Part shown: one piece after another, positions 45,633 through 55,628 of the stretch
How positions within the stretch are numbered: position 1 is the first letter of the stretch
Layout: each line of letters opens with the position of its first letter
Source of the DNA: Candidatus Bathyarchaeota archaeon
Lineage (GTDB): Archaea > Thermoproteota > Bathyarchaeia > Bathyarchaeales > Bathyarchaeaceae
DNA: 64,000 nucleotides
NCBI GenBank assembly: GCA_037386325.1
Contig: JARRMB010000008.1
Location: 4,436-68,435 of the forward strand
Direction of reading: 5' to 3'
Position numbers and translations under genes: made by a program
The notes under the pieces: generated by a model
Seen by the model: the letters and a program-made list of their open reading frames with translations, nothing else
Told to the model about the DNA's origin: nothing
Databases searched by the model: none

Positions 45633-46654
45633 AAAATTTCTCCATTAAGTTCGATTTCTCTGAGAAACTCTTTCATATTCAATAGATGTTTATACCATTT
45701 GACAGTTATCATTCTCGGATCATCAGGATTCAATTTTCCTTCATTTAACGCATTAAATACAGTCTTCGCACCTTTTTCGATAGAAACACATGGTTTAAAA
45801 TTAAGAGTATCTTTGATTTTTGTAAAATCGACTCGATAACTCCTTTCATCTGGATCTCCATACCATTCATAGTTAAATGGAATCTCAATTGATTCAGCAA
45901 CAAGTTTTGCCAAATCAAAGATTTGGATGTTCTGTTCGTTACTTCCAGTATTAAAGATTTGACCGTTAACTAAGTAATCCTCTGAATCGATAATTTTCAG
46001 GAATGCGTTCGATGTATCTCTAACATTTATGAAAGGACGCCATTGTTTTCCAGTTCTCATTATTGGAATTTTACCATTTTTATAAAAACCTAAAACCATA
46101 CCATTGATTGCAAGATCAAACCTCATTCTATGAGAAAAGCCATAAACAGTTGCTTGCCTTAGAACCGTAGGTGAAAAAGAGGAATCTGAAAGTGGCAATA
46201 TTTCTTTTTCAGCCAATAGACTAGCTTTTGCATATGTAGTCAATGGGTTCAAATCTGATTTTTCTGTTATTATTCCTTCTTGAAAGCCATAGACACTACA
46301 AGTACTGGCTAAAACATATTTTTTTACCCCTTTTTTCTTAGCGAGGTTTGCTACCCGAACTCTTCCAGTGTAGTTTATTTCTAAAGTTTTTTGCGGATCA
46401 AGTTCTCCACAAGGATCGTTAGAAAGAGAAGCTAGATCAAAGATTACATCTATTCGTTCAAGGATTCTGGGATTAAAAAAACGAATATCATCTTTTAAGA
46501 TAGTAATTTGATCTGATATTTCAGCTATTGAATCGGATCCAAAAAATAATCGATCAAGAATAGTTACATTGTAACCTTTTTCGAGAAGAATTCTAGATAA
46601 AATTGAACCTATGTAACCTGCTCCCCCAGTTACTAAAACATTCATTAAGTTCAC
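45629..46654 (-). CDS. NAD-dependent sugar epimerase/dehydratase (SDR family)
   Basis: 341 aa. VTGGAGYIGS and a YxxxK region (YAKASLLAEK). Confidence 0.85.
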   Translation of the reverse strand: MNLMNVLVTGGAGYIGSILSRILLEKGYNVTILDRLFFGSDSIAEISDQITILKDDIRFFNPRILERIDVIFDLASLSNDPCGELDPQKTLEINYTGRVRVANLAKKKGVKKYVLASTCSVYGFQEGIITEKSDLNPLTTYAKASLLAEKEILPLSDSSFSPTVLRQATVYGFSHRMRFDLAINGMVLGFYKNGKIPIMRTGKQWRPFINVRDTSNAFLKIIDSEDYLVNGQIFNTGSNEQNIQIFDLAKLVAESIEIPFNYEWYGDPDERSYRVDFTKIKDTLNFKPCVSIEKGAKTVFNALNEGKLNPDDPRMITVKWYKHLLNMKEFLREIELNGEIL

Positions 46655-46657
46655 ATT

Positions 46658-47215
46658 CTACTTATGTGGAGACCTAAACCAATCCCAAGGCTTACCTACT
46701 CGGGGGTCATTGTTTTTTCCATTAATTTCCTTGGGTACTATTGTTGGATCATCCCAGGGTACCCGAATTTCATCTGGATTTTTGTAATCATATAATCTAT
46801 TAACAAAATATACTAATAATGATGGTTTATTACCTAATGTTTTAGTTCCATGTAAATACTTTCCAGGAATTCTGACTATTGTTGGTTTTCTTCCAGTGAC
46901 AATTAGTTCAGCTAATTGACAGGTAGTTTCATCGAACGCACAAATTTTCATTGCCCCTTTTACTACTAGAAAATGATCTATTTGACCTCTAAGATGTTTA
47001 TGCCAAGCTCTAACAATATTCGGATAGCTAAAACTAATATTTGCTTGTAATATTGACTCATCTTCTAGGAAATCGCACCAATCCGTTCTTAGGGCTTCAA
47101 GAAAAAAGCCTCTTTCGTCTGGTAAAATATTAAGTTCATGTGTTTTAACTCCTTTAGGAGCATAGTTTTTCAAAGTTCCACCTCTGAGTAATCTCCAATA
47201 TGAAGTTTTAAGCAT
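46658..47215 (-). CDS. RmlC-like cupin (dTDP-4-dehydrorhamnose 3,5-epimerase-related)
   Basis: DERGFF...RAWHKH...G..H cupin pattern. The likely start is the TTG at 47173, which overlaps the upstream stop (TTGA). Confidence 0.7.
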   Translation of the reverse strand: MLKTSYWRLLRGGTLKNYAPKGVKTHELNILPDERGFFLEALRTDWCDFLEDESILQANISFSYPNIVRAWHKHLRGQIDHFLVVKGAMKICAFDETTCQLAELIVTGRKPTIVRIPGKYLHGTKTLGNKPSLLVYFVNRLYDYKNPDEIRVPWDDPTIVPKEINGKNNDPRVGKPWDWFRSPHK

Positions 47216-48237
47216 CCTATTCTATGATTTTTTGTTACCTTTGCATTTTTGCCTATTAGACTTTCTTCTAATCTATCTATTCCGTTAATTTGTGCATCTT
47301 CTAATATTACACTATATTGTATTGAACTTCCCACTATTTTTGTTCCATTACCTATGCTTGTATATGGACCAATGAATGAGTTTTCTATAATACAGTTCTC
47401 TCCAATTATGCTAGGTCCCCTAACAGTAGAATTAATTATTTGGCTGTTTTCATTAATAGTAACTCTTCCTTCGATTTTACTTTTTTCGATTATTCCATTT
47501 ATGTCTTGTTTTGTGTATTCATCTAGAACTTTCGCATTTGCACTAAGAATATCATCTTTCTTACCAGTGTCTAACCACCATGTGTTTAGAATTTCTGCTT
47601 TTACCTTTAAATTCATGTTTATCATTTGTTGGATTGCATCTGTAATTTCTAGTTCACCTCTCCATGATGGTTTGATTTGATCTATCGCTTCGAATATTTT
47701 GCTTGAAAAAATATAGATTCCAACTATCGCTAAGTTTGAGGATGAATCTTTTGGTTTTTCAACTAATTTAACAATATTTGCATTGTCATCCAGTGTTGCT
47801 ACACCAAACTTTTTTGGATCGTCTACGGGTTTTAGAAGGATTAAAGCATCCATGTTTCCTTTTTTGAATTTTTTTAAGTAATTAGTTAATCCTTGACCTT
47901 GTAAGTTGTCACCTAAACACATAATGAAGTCGTCATATCCAAGAAATGGTTGGGCTGTTTTAACTGCATGTGCTAATCCTAGAGGTTCCTGCATAATGTA
48001 GGTAACTTTAAAGTTCCATTCTGATCCATCGTTGACATATTCTTTGACATAGTTTCCGGTTTCTGGAGCGACTATTACTCCAATTTGATTAATTTTAGTT
48101 TCAGCTACTTGGTCTAAAACATAACCTAAAACTGGTTTGTTGGCTAGGGGTATTAATTGTTTGGCCAAAGTGAAAGTTAGTGGACGGAGTCTAGTTCCTT
48201 TTCCACCGCTTAAAATAAGAGCTTTCACAAATAGCAC
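47170..48237 (-). CDS. rfbA: Glucose-1-phosphate thymidylyl/nucleotidyltransferase (long form with C-terminal left-handed beta-helix)
   Basis: ALILSGGKGTRLRPLT..AKQL N-terminus and hexapeptide-repeat C-terminus. Confidence 0.9.
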   Translation of the reverse strand: MLFVKALILSGGKGTRLRPLTFTLAKQLIPLANKPVLGYVLDQVAETKINQIGVIVAPETGNYVKEYVNDGSEWNFKVTYIMQEPLGLAHAVKTAQPFLGYDDFIMCLGDNLQGQGLTNYLKKFKKGNMDALILLKPVDDPKKFGVATLDDNANIVKLVEKPKDSSSNLAIVGIYIFSSKIFEAIDQIKPSWRGELEITDAIQQMINMNLKVKAEILNTWWLDTGKKDDILSANAKVLDEYTKQDINGIIEKSKIEGRVTINENSQIINSTVRGPSIIGENCIIENSFIGPYTSIGNGTKIVGSSIQYSVILEDAQINGIDRLEESLIGKNAKVTKNHRIGCLKLHIGDYSEVEL

Positions 48238-48324
48238 CTGATTAAGAAATATTTAAGACATTTATTACTTCTTTTTGATATCCATCCTTTATCTATTTTA
48301 GAGAAATGCTAAATCTATTCTTTT

Positions 48325-48828
48325 TTATTCTATTTTCTTGAATTTCTCTCTTTTTGACCCACAAATCGGGCATACTTCAGGAGCTGAACCTTCAGCTGTA
48401 TTTCCACATACTCCACAGACATAATAATCAGTACTAGATAATTTTTTGCCAGCATTCAAAATTTTAATGGCATCTGAAAAAAGACCGGCATGAATCTGTT
48501 CAACTTTATTGGCTACGTCAAAACTCCAAACTGCTTTTTTATTTCCTTCAGTTTTAGCAATTTGAATATATTTTGGATACATTTCATTAAACTCAAAAGT
48601 TTCTCCAGAAACTGCTGCGTTCAAATTATCAATTGTAGATTTTATTTCATTCAATACATCAAGATGATTCAAAGCGTGTACTGTTTCTGCATGGGCAGCT
48701 GCTCTGAAGAGTTTTGCTACTTGTTGAAATCCCTCTTTATCAGCTTTATTGGCAAAAGCTAAGTATTTTCTATTAGCTTGAGATTCTCCAGAAAAGGAGT
48801 CTTTTAGATTCTTAGTGGTTTTTTCCAT
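48325..48828 (-). CDS. rbr: Rubrerythrin
   Basis: Ferritin-like EAxxH pairs (GESQANRKY..., AHAETVHA) plus a C-terminal rubredoxin CGVCG...CPICG. Confidence 0.9.
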   Translation of the reverse strand: MEKTTKNLKDSFSGESQANRKYLAFANKADKEGFQQVAKLFRAAAHAETVHALNHLDVLNEIKSTIDNLNAAVSGETFEFNEMYPKYIQIAKTEGNKKAVWSFDVANKVEQIHAGLFSDAIKILNAGKKLSSTDYYVCGVCGNTAEGSAPEVCPICGSKREKFKKIE

Positions 48829-48970
48829 TTGAAATTCACTATTTAAAATTAGAGTAGCTCTAGTTTAAAAATAATCCTGATCACGATTAGAAATATGATG
48901 AATATATCGATTTTAATAACATTGGTCTAAGTGGAATTTTGTTTTTTAAACAATTTTACAAATTCTGATA

Positions 48971-49427
48971 TTGATAAGTTTGATACATCTAATGATATTC
49001 ATAATACTTACATTTCTTTTAATGATATTTCCATCTGTTGCTAAAAATAGGAAAGAAAAAACTGCATTTCTTGATGATTTGGGTAAATCAAACGAAGATA
49101 ATTTTAATCTCCAAAAGTTGGAGACAGGTTTTGTATATTTTATGAGTTTTTTTGAATATATGGGTTCTAAAATCAGAATTTTTTTCTTTAGTTTTCATTT
49201 CAATTTCAATTATTCTGTGTCTAATAGCACTTTTTGATTCTTCTAAAATTAGTTTAAATGAGTTTTATAATTTAAAAATAAATGAATTGAGTGTATCAAT
49301 TTACAGTTTAATTGTTTTTATTTCAGTATTAATCATGATAGTCACTAATTCAATCGCTATTGGATTGACAACAAATATTTTATTAATGTTGTTCATGCAC
49401 GATTTTAAAGTTTATAAAAGAGCATAA
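48971..49427 (+). CDS. Hypothetical multi-pass membrane protein, split over two frames at a T7 run
   Basis: ORF 48971-49237 (first TM helix plus loop) and ORF 49152-49427 (three more TM-like segments) overlap around T7 at 49147-49153. Removing one T joins them into one ORF of about 150 aa. Confidence 0.3.
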
Positions 49428-49589
49428 TAAAAAACAGTTTATTTGTCAAATTGTTTGGATATTAGAGTAGTGGGTCTTTCATTTTTCATGTTTTTATAAG
49501 AATTGCGACTATTCCGAAAATAATTAGTTAGTAGTAAGACTTAATATTTAATAGTTAGTATTGATTTTAGTAAAGAGGGGTGTAACCCC

Positions 49590-49826
49590 TTGCAAAAGAA
49601 TTTGAAACCTCGAGGTTCATTTGCCCGAAAAATTATAACAATAGTATTCCTTCCAATCATTATTTTGATTTGGATGGTTGGGTGGACATTAACACAATTA
49701 GACAATTCTAATGGATCCATTGAAATTGAGACCAAGATTCTAGAAACTAATTCAAAATTTGGAATTTTTGAATCCAATTCTGAAAATGATGATGAAAAAA
49801 TCTCAAATTATCCAATTAGTGCCTAA
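49590..49826 (+). CDS. Small single-pass membrane protein (paralog A)
   Basis: Basic N-terminus, then TM segment IVFLPIIILIWMVGWTLTQ. Resembles the minus-strand ORF at 49876-50052. Confidence 0.35.
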   Translation: MQKNLKPRGSFARKIITIVFLPIIILIWMVGWTLTQLDNSNGSIEIETKILETNSKFGIFESNSENDDEKISNYPISA

Positions 49827-49875
49827 TTTTACAAAAGTCAAACGATCACTAGGGTCGCTTAATTGTTTAAAGTCA

Positions 49876-50052
49876 TTAGGTTGATTTTTTTACATTAGTG
49901 TTTCTATTTTGTTTAAAATTAATCGCAGAAAAAGTTTTCAAGGATTCTGTTCTTGATAGCACCCAACCAATTATCCATAAAGGAATAATTGCGGGCAATA
50001 AGAATACTGAAAAGAATCGATTCTTCGATTTACTACTAACAGATTTTTTCAT
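49876..50052 (-). CDS. Small single-pass membrane protein (paralog B; 58 aa, absent from the ORF track)
   Basis: Manual translation: MKKSVSSKSKNRFFSVFLLPAIIPLWIIGWVLSRTESLKTFSAINFKQNRNTNVKKST*. Shares the FLP.II.(L/I)W..GW.L core with 49590-49826. Confidence 0.35.
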   Translation of the reverse strand: MKKSVSSKSKNRFFSVFLLPAIIPLWIIGWVLSRTESLKTFSAINFKQNRNTNVKKST

Positions 50053-50295
50053 GCATTCCCCAGATTTATTAATTCTAAATTATTACTTCCAAATATTTGG
50101 ACATAAAAGATATACGATGTATTAATATGATTTAGACATTAAGAGATATATTTTATAGACATATGATTTTGAAAAGTTATTAGTTCATTTCATGTATAAA
50201 TATAAATCAAATTGCTTATTGAATAATTATTATCAGATTTTTGTCAATTATCTTAAATTCACTACTAAATTGATTGCTTTTCTTACAGATTAATA

Positions 50296-50667
50296 TCAGT
50301 TTTGTTCTGTTGAGGTAATGAGTTTTGTTATGTGTCCCATTAATTGATGAGAAGCATTTAAGATAGAATTTATATCATCATTAGAAACAGTTTTTCCATC
50401 AATTTGCAGGATATTTTGATAAAATGATGCAGATATTATATTTCTGCAATCAGTTGTTATCCATTTTAAAGTTACTTTATTATTTGTTGATGAACAACCC
50501 AACCAGCGCAGCTGACCAAACCATTTGTTACGCAAATTATCAACTATATTTTTTATCGATATATTTGGTGGAAGAAAAGTTTGCAACAATAACATATTTT
50601 GAGCTTTTGAATCTGCAGGTTTTGGTTTGATAATTTTTTCCATTACTAAATCGCTCGTAATAGTCAT
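50296..50667 (-). CDS. Hypothetical protein
   Basis: 123-aa ORF with no recognisable motif. Confidence 0.3.
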   Translation of the reverse strand: MTITSDLVMEKIIKPKPADSKAQNMLLLQTFLPPNISIKNIVDNLRNKWFGQLRWLGCSSTNNKVTLKWITTDCRNIISASFYQNILQIDGKTVSNDDINSILNASHQLMGHITKLITSTEQN

Positions 50668-50846
50668 ATAATTGGTTTCTTTTGAATGTTACTTTTTTGT
50701 AATATTTACATATTCTATTAATTTTAAATTTTTTTCTGAGTTTTTATTGACATAAGTTTTTAAAGAATTTGAATTAAAAGATTATGCCTAATCTCTTTGT
50801 TTAGTAATACCAGTAATTTTATAGATTGAAAACTGTTTAAGGTTAA

Positions 50847-51707
50847 ATGAGAGATAATAAAATTATGGCTGATGGTTTTTCTAAAATTCTAGTCACAGGA
50901 GGTGCAGGATTCATCGGTAGTCATTTAGTGGATCGTTTAATTAAAAATGGATATACAGTTCGGGTTATAGATGATCTTTCTACCGGAGAAAAACAAAATA
51001 TAGCTCACCATAAAAATAATGAATCCTTTCAATTTATTGAAGGGGACATTAGAGATTTTAATTTAGTGAAAAAATGGGTTAAAGACGTTGATGTAGTATT
51101 TCATGAAGCCGCGTTAGTTAGTGTCTCACTTTCGGTCGAAGACCCATTGCTTTCAAACGAAATCAATGTTAAAGGAAGTTTGAATTTACTCAAAGCATCA
51201 GTGGATGCTAATGTAAAACGGTTTATCTATGCATCATCTTGTGCAATATATGGAGACACAAAGGAACTGCCGATCATTGAAAATTTTTCCGGCGATCCGC
51301 TGTCTCCATACGCAGCTGATAAATTGGCGGTTGAAAAATATGCTAAAGTAATTAACGATTCATACGAGATTGAAACGGTCGGACTGCGTTATTTTAATGT
51401 TTATGGGTCTAGACAAAAATATGGACCTTATAGTGGAGTTATTTCAATTTTTATTAATAAACTTCTAGAGGATAAGGTTCCAACAATTTTTGGAGACGGA
51501 GAACAAACAAGGGATTTTGTTAATGTTAAAGACGTAATAGAGGCAAATATGCTTGCTTTATCTATATATTCTGAAGCTAGACCGGGAGACATCAAACATA
51601 GTTACGCTGATATTTCTAAAGCTCAAAAAATTTTGGAATATGAACCACAAATTCAGATTAGCGATGGACTAGAAAAATTAATACAATATTCATTGAAACA
51701 TAAATAG
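50847..51707 (+). CDS. NAD-dependent sugar epimerase (GalE/WbpP-like), apparently lacking an internal segment
   Basis: VTGGAGFIGSHL, SSCAIYG, YAADK and RYFNVYG motifs. ...VIEANMLAL runs straight into SIYSEARPGDIKHSYADISKA, skipping about 35-45 residues usually present. Confidence 0.8.
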   Translation: MRDNKIMADGFSKILVTGGAGFIGSHLVDRLIKNGYTVRVIDDLSTGEKQNIAHHKNNESFQFIEGDIRDFNLVKKWVKDVDVVFHEAALVSVSLSVEDPLLSNEINVKGSLNLLKASVDANVKRFIYASSCAIYGDTKELPIIENFSGDPLSPYAADKLAVEKYAKVINDSYEIETVGLRYFNVYGSRQKYGPYSGVISIFINKLLEDKVPTIFGDGEQTRDFVNVKDVIEANMLALSIYSEARPGDIKHSYADISKAQKILEYEPQIQISDGLEKLIQYSLKHK

Positions 51708-51734
51708 AATAGGTTGAAATCAAAACAATAAAAA

Positions 51735-52484
51735 ATGGAATGCAGTATAATTGGAAAAAAATCGAATGGATCTAAATGTTATATGTTAAATAAAATCAAG
51801 AATGAATTATTACTTTTGGGTGATTCTGAACGTGCAAATAAACTATCTAGTTTTTTTAAAACAGGGAAAGGAGAGTATGGAGAAGGTGATGTTTTTCTCG
51901 GAATTTCTGTACCTCAACAACGTAAAGTAGCAAAAAAATATACTGATCTATCTTTAGATCAACTTGAAAAACTCCTTAGTAGCAAATTTCACGAGTATCG
52001 ATTGACAGCATTAATTATATTGGTTCTCAAATATGGAAAAGCTGATAATTCAGGAAAAAAGGAAATTTTTGATTTCTATTTAAAAAATACAGAATTTATT
52101 AATAATTGGGATTTAGTTGATTTAAGTTCCCCAAAAATTATAGGCGATTTCTTAATCAATAGAGAAAGGTCCGTTTTGTTTGAACTGGTTAATTCAGATA
52201 ATTTATGGAAAAGGAGAATTGCAGTTCTAGCAACTTTTAGTTTTATTAGAAATGATGATTTTGTAGATGCATTAAGTATTTCAAGACTTCTTATTTCTGA
52301 TGTTCATGATTTAATCCATAAAGCAGTAGGTTGGATGCTCAGGGAAATTGGAAAAAGAGATGAAAATACATTAAGAAATTTTCTAAATAAATATTACAAA
52401 CAAATGCCTCGCACAATGCTTAGATATTCTATTGAGAAATTAAGTGAAAAAGAAAGGAAACATTATCTGAACAAACCACAGTGA
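51735..52484 (+). CDS. DNA alkylation repair protein (AlkD/AlkC-like HEAT-repeat glycosylase family)
   Basis: FLGISVPQQRKVAKKY, INNWDLVD, LWKRRIAV and AVGWMLRE motifs. Confidence 0.8.
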   Translation: MECSIIGKKSNGSKCYMLNKIKNELLLLGDSERANKLSSFFKTGKGEYGEGDVFLGISVPQQRKVAKKYTDLSLDQLEKLLSSKFHEYRLTALIILVLKYGKADNSGKKEIFDFYLKNTEFINNWDLVDLSSPKIIGDFLINRERSVLFELVNSDNLWKRRIAVLATFSFIRNDDFVDALSISRLLISDVHDLIHKAVGWMLREIGKRDENTLRNFLNKYYKQMPRTMLRYSIEKLSEKERKHYLNKPQ

Positions 52485-52604
52485 ATATGATTACAAGTTA
52501 AAAACATTTTAATCACAATTAATTTTTTTAAATTTTATGTTAATAGTTTCTAGATATATTTTTGAGGTGGTCAAAGGAATATATTCTCAGGAAATGATTC
52601 AAAA

Positions 52605-53117
52605 ATGAATATTTTAGAAGCAATAAAGAAAAGAAAAAGTGTTCGAAATTTCTTAGATAAACCGATAGAAGAGGAAAAGTTGAAAATTGTAATGGAAGCT
52701 GCTAGAATCGCTCCTTCTGCTAAAAATCGCCAGGAATGGAGATTTATAATTGTAAAAGACACAGAAGTTAGAAAAAAACTTGCTGAAGCAGCAAAAGGAC
52801 AAAAATTTGTGGGAGAAGCTCCAGTAGTAATTGTTGCTTATGCAATTGACGATGGATATGTGATGACATGTGGACAATTAAGTTATCCTATTGATGTTGC
52901 AATAGCATTAGATCATATTTCTTTAGCTGCAGTAGAGGTTGGTTTAGGAACATGTTGGATTGGAGCTTTTTATGAAGATAAAGTAAAAGAGATTTTAGGT
53001 ATCCCTGAGAAATATCGGGTTGTTCATTTAATGCCAATTGGTTATCCTGCAAACATGGATATTAAAGAAAAAAATCGATTGCCCATAAATGAAATTGTGA
53101 AAAATGAAAAATGGTAA
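52605..53117 (+). CDS. Nitroreductase-family protein
   Basis: 170 aa. AIKKRKSVRNF...APSAKNRQEWRFIIV. Confidence 0.85.
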   Translation: MNILEAIKKRKSVRNFLDKPIEEEKLKIVMEAARIAPSAKNRQEWRFIIVKDTEVRKKLAEAAKGQKFVGEAPVVIVAYAIDDGYVMTCGQLSYPIDVAIALDHISLAAVEVGLGTCWIGAFYEDKVKEILGIPEKYRVVHLMPIGYPANMDIKEKNRLPINEIVKNEKW

Positions 53118-53149
53118 AATAATTAAAATGTTTTAAACCAATATTTTTC

Positions 53150-54076
53150 TCAAAAGTTTATACTTTTGAATGTTTCATATATTGAGTTAGCTGCTTTTTT
53201 CAAATTATTTTTTTCTTGAACAGAAAGACTGTTGTATATTGATTGACCAATAGATTTTCCAAGTTTAATGGGAACACTTACAAACACTGGGTCAGAGATT
53301 CCTTCAATTAGTATTTCTGTAGCAATTGCCAATAGTTCATTAGTATCAAAAACCATTGATCGGACGATGTCTCTAAATGAAGCAGCTGGTCCATATTCTG
53401 TAGCTCCAATATTATCCAAAATAAATTTGGACACAAATTTTACGTAATATTCAATTTCTTGTTTATTTATTGATTTTCTTGTTTTTTCTAGGAAAAAGTC
53501 TAATGGTAAATTGTTAATGGTTATCGTGGACCAAAGAATTATTGCATCTATACCGTGCTCTCCTCCAACCCATCCTTTGATTTTGGAAGGAGGAATATTC
53601 AATAAATCACTTAATGCTGTTTTTAACCGCAAAGTTTCAAGATTTGTTCCGGTACCTATTACAAATTTAGCTCCAGAATATTTTTTGCAGACCATCGCCA
53701 TGGCATCAACTGGATTTGTTATTACTACATATTTTGCATTATGATTGTTTGGAGCTGTTGATTCAGATATTTGTTTAACAATTTGGCCGTTTTGAGTAGC
53801 CAAATCTCTTCTATTCATTTTTGTTCCAGGTGTCCTTGGTTTTCCAGCCGAAATAAGAATGATATCTGCTCCGCGAACATCTTCAGCGTTTTCGCAAGAA
53901 TTAATGGTTATGTCTAAATTATGACTTGAAGCTACATGTTTGAGTTCTTCGGCAAATGCTTTTGATAATCCAGGTTTTGTGTCGCATACTGTTATAGTAT
54001 TTACCAATTTTGAGCACATAATAGTATAAATTGTTGGTCGACCAACTCTTCCGGTCCCAATTTGAGCAACATGCAC
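53150..54076 (-). CDS. mdh: L-lactate/malate dehydrogenase family
   Basis: IGTGRVG, AGKPRTPGTKMNRRDL and GGEHG motifs. Confidence 0.85.
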   Translation of the reverse strand: MHVAQIGTGRVGRPTIYTIMCSKLVNTITVCDTKPGLSKAFAEELKHVASSHNLDITINSCENAEDVRGADIILISAGKPRTPGTKMNRRDLATQNGQIVKQISESTAPNNHNAKYVVITNPVDAMAMVCKKYSGAKFVIGTGTNLETLRLKTALSDLLNIPPSKIKGWVGGEHGIDAIILWSTITINNLPLDFFLEKTRKSINKQEIEYYVKFVSKFILDNIGATEYGPAASFRDIVRSMVFDTNELLAIATEILIEGISDPVFVSVPIKLGKSIGQSIYNSLSVQEKNNLKKAANSIYETFKSINF

Positions 54077-54141
54077 CTATTTTTCCTCTTATTATAGTTT
54101 AATTTATCTAGATTTAAGAGGATAGAGTCTTTGTTTAGGGA

Positions 54142-55329
54142 TTAATAATCATATTCGTCAGTTTTTAAATCAGGAAATGATTCCATACTAGGAGTAGAAC
54201 TGCCTTTTGTCGCTAATACTACTATAACTAGAAGTATTAGAGAAAAAGCAACAATTCCTCCCATCATTACCCATTCAACAGGTATAATTACGATTCTAGA
54301 TATGCTGCTATCTGAACCTATATAATTAGAATCTCCTGACCAATTGGCTCTTATAGAGTATATTCCTCCTGGTGGAGAATCCCAAATGTATGAGAAACGA
54401 CCCATAGTGTCAGTTTCTATTGTAGCAATTTGGTTAAGTATAGAACCATATGAACTAAAGTAAAGTGTGATATTTTCACCTTCAAGTGATGGCGATAAAG
54501 ATCCGATTATCTGAATTTCTTTTTGAGCAATTGCAAAGTTGGTCGAAGCAGATATTAGTAAAGAAGAATGCTGAGGTGTACTGTAACTTGAAAAAACTTG
54601 ATCTGGTGATGGATTTTGCTCAATTTGGTTTAAAGGTATAACTTGTGCGGAAGCTCCTTTAACTAGATCCGGACATTCTCCAACTCGCCATCCATATTCA
54701 AAATTCCCGGTAGTTTCTGCGATATAGTATGGTTTTTGTTCATATGTAAAATAGGAAACAGAAGTTCTAGCACTAGTTGGTGGTTCAGAAAGGTTTACTC
54801 CAACTGTCATGTGTTCTTCTTCTTCAAAAAGTAAAAGTGTTACATCTAATCCACCGGCTTTCATTATTGAAGCCGCTAAAAACGAGAAAAGATCACAATC
54901 ACCAATATTTTCTTTTAAGGTTTCTATTGGATATTTTTGAGGTGCACTTCCCTCATAGGGTATTTGATGTGTAATCATTAGTACTCCATTGGCAAAATCT
55001 TCGGAGTTATCATATATTGTCCAGAGATCCTCTGCTACTGGTTCAAGAGGTGATGGCGTTACAAATTTTGCTAAATCAATATTTTCATATATTTGGTGAT
55101 TTTGTCTTTGATAATATTCATAAAGAGTTTGGGTTGTTGAGATAGTTAATTGATATGTTTTTGATCCATTAGACTGAGTCTCTAATTCAAATGTTTGCTC
55201 AGTTGTCTGTGCAAAGGTAATATTTGACAGAAATATGATAATGATCAAGGGAGCACTTAAAGTCAGTATTTTTCGATTAAGATTTCTGGAAGACCAATAC
55301 TTAGTTTTGAGTTTAGAAGAGAGTTGCAT
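54142..55329 (-). CDS. Surface-anchored protein with a transglutaminase-like core and an Ig-like domain
   Basis: N-terminal signal/TM and a C-terminal TM anchor. GDCDLFSFLAASIMKAGG...EHMTV fits a Cys-His transglutaminase-like fold. The C-terminal part is beta-rich. Confidence 0.5.
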   Translation of the reverse strand: MQLSSKLKTKYWSSRNLNRKILTLSAPLIIIIFLSNITFAQTTEQTFELETQSNGSKTYQLTISTTQTLYEYYQRQNHQIYENIDLAKFVTPSPLEPVAEDLWTIYDNSEDFANGVLMITHQIPYEGSAPQKYPIETLKENIGDCDLFSFLAASIMKAGGLDVTLLLFEEEEHMTVGVNLSEPPTSARTSVSYFTYEQKPYYIAETTGNFEYGWRVGECPDLVKGASAQVIPLNQIEQNPSPDQVFSSYSTPQHSSLLISASTNFAIAQKEIQIIGSLSPSLEGENITLYFSSYGSILNQIATIETDTMGRFSYIWDSPPGGIYSIRANWSGDSNYIGSDSSISRIVIIPVEWVMMGGIVAFSLILLVIVVLATKGSSTPSMESFPDLKTDEYDY

Positions 55330-55628
55330 TAATTCTCAGAGTAACTAACGTTAAAGATTATATTAAATATTATGTCACAATAAACCATATATTAAAATTT
55401 AATTTTCAACCGATTGGAATCAATTAATTCCCAACCAGCATTATCCAGATTTTTGATATATGTTCGTTTTGGAAACATAGGTTAAATTTAATCTTACGAC
55501 TTAATTATCCGTGGGTAATATGAGATCTATAAACATCAAAAAGAAATCTAGGAAAGTAGAATGCATAAGATGGGATCCAATTGTTGCCCGGCTTGAGGAA
55601 TACAAACTGAAATTTGAATCTTCTTAAA

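Noticed and set aside
48896-48968. A possible C/D-box sRNA (ATGATGA at 48896, CTGA at about 48965) in the spacer after rubrerythrin.
   Set aside because: There are no internal C'/D' boxes and no terminal stem. The spacing is longer than typical archaeal C/D sRNAs, and these short motifs are expected by chance in AT-rich DNA.
48829-50846. The ORFan stretch as an integrated virus or plasmid remnant.
   Set aside because: There is no integrase, no flanking direct repeats or tRNA target, no capsid or replication genes, and no obvious compositional break by eye.
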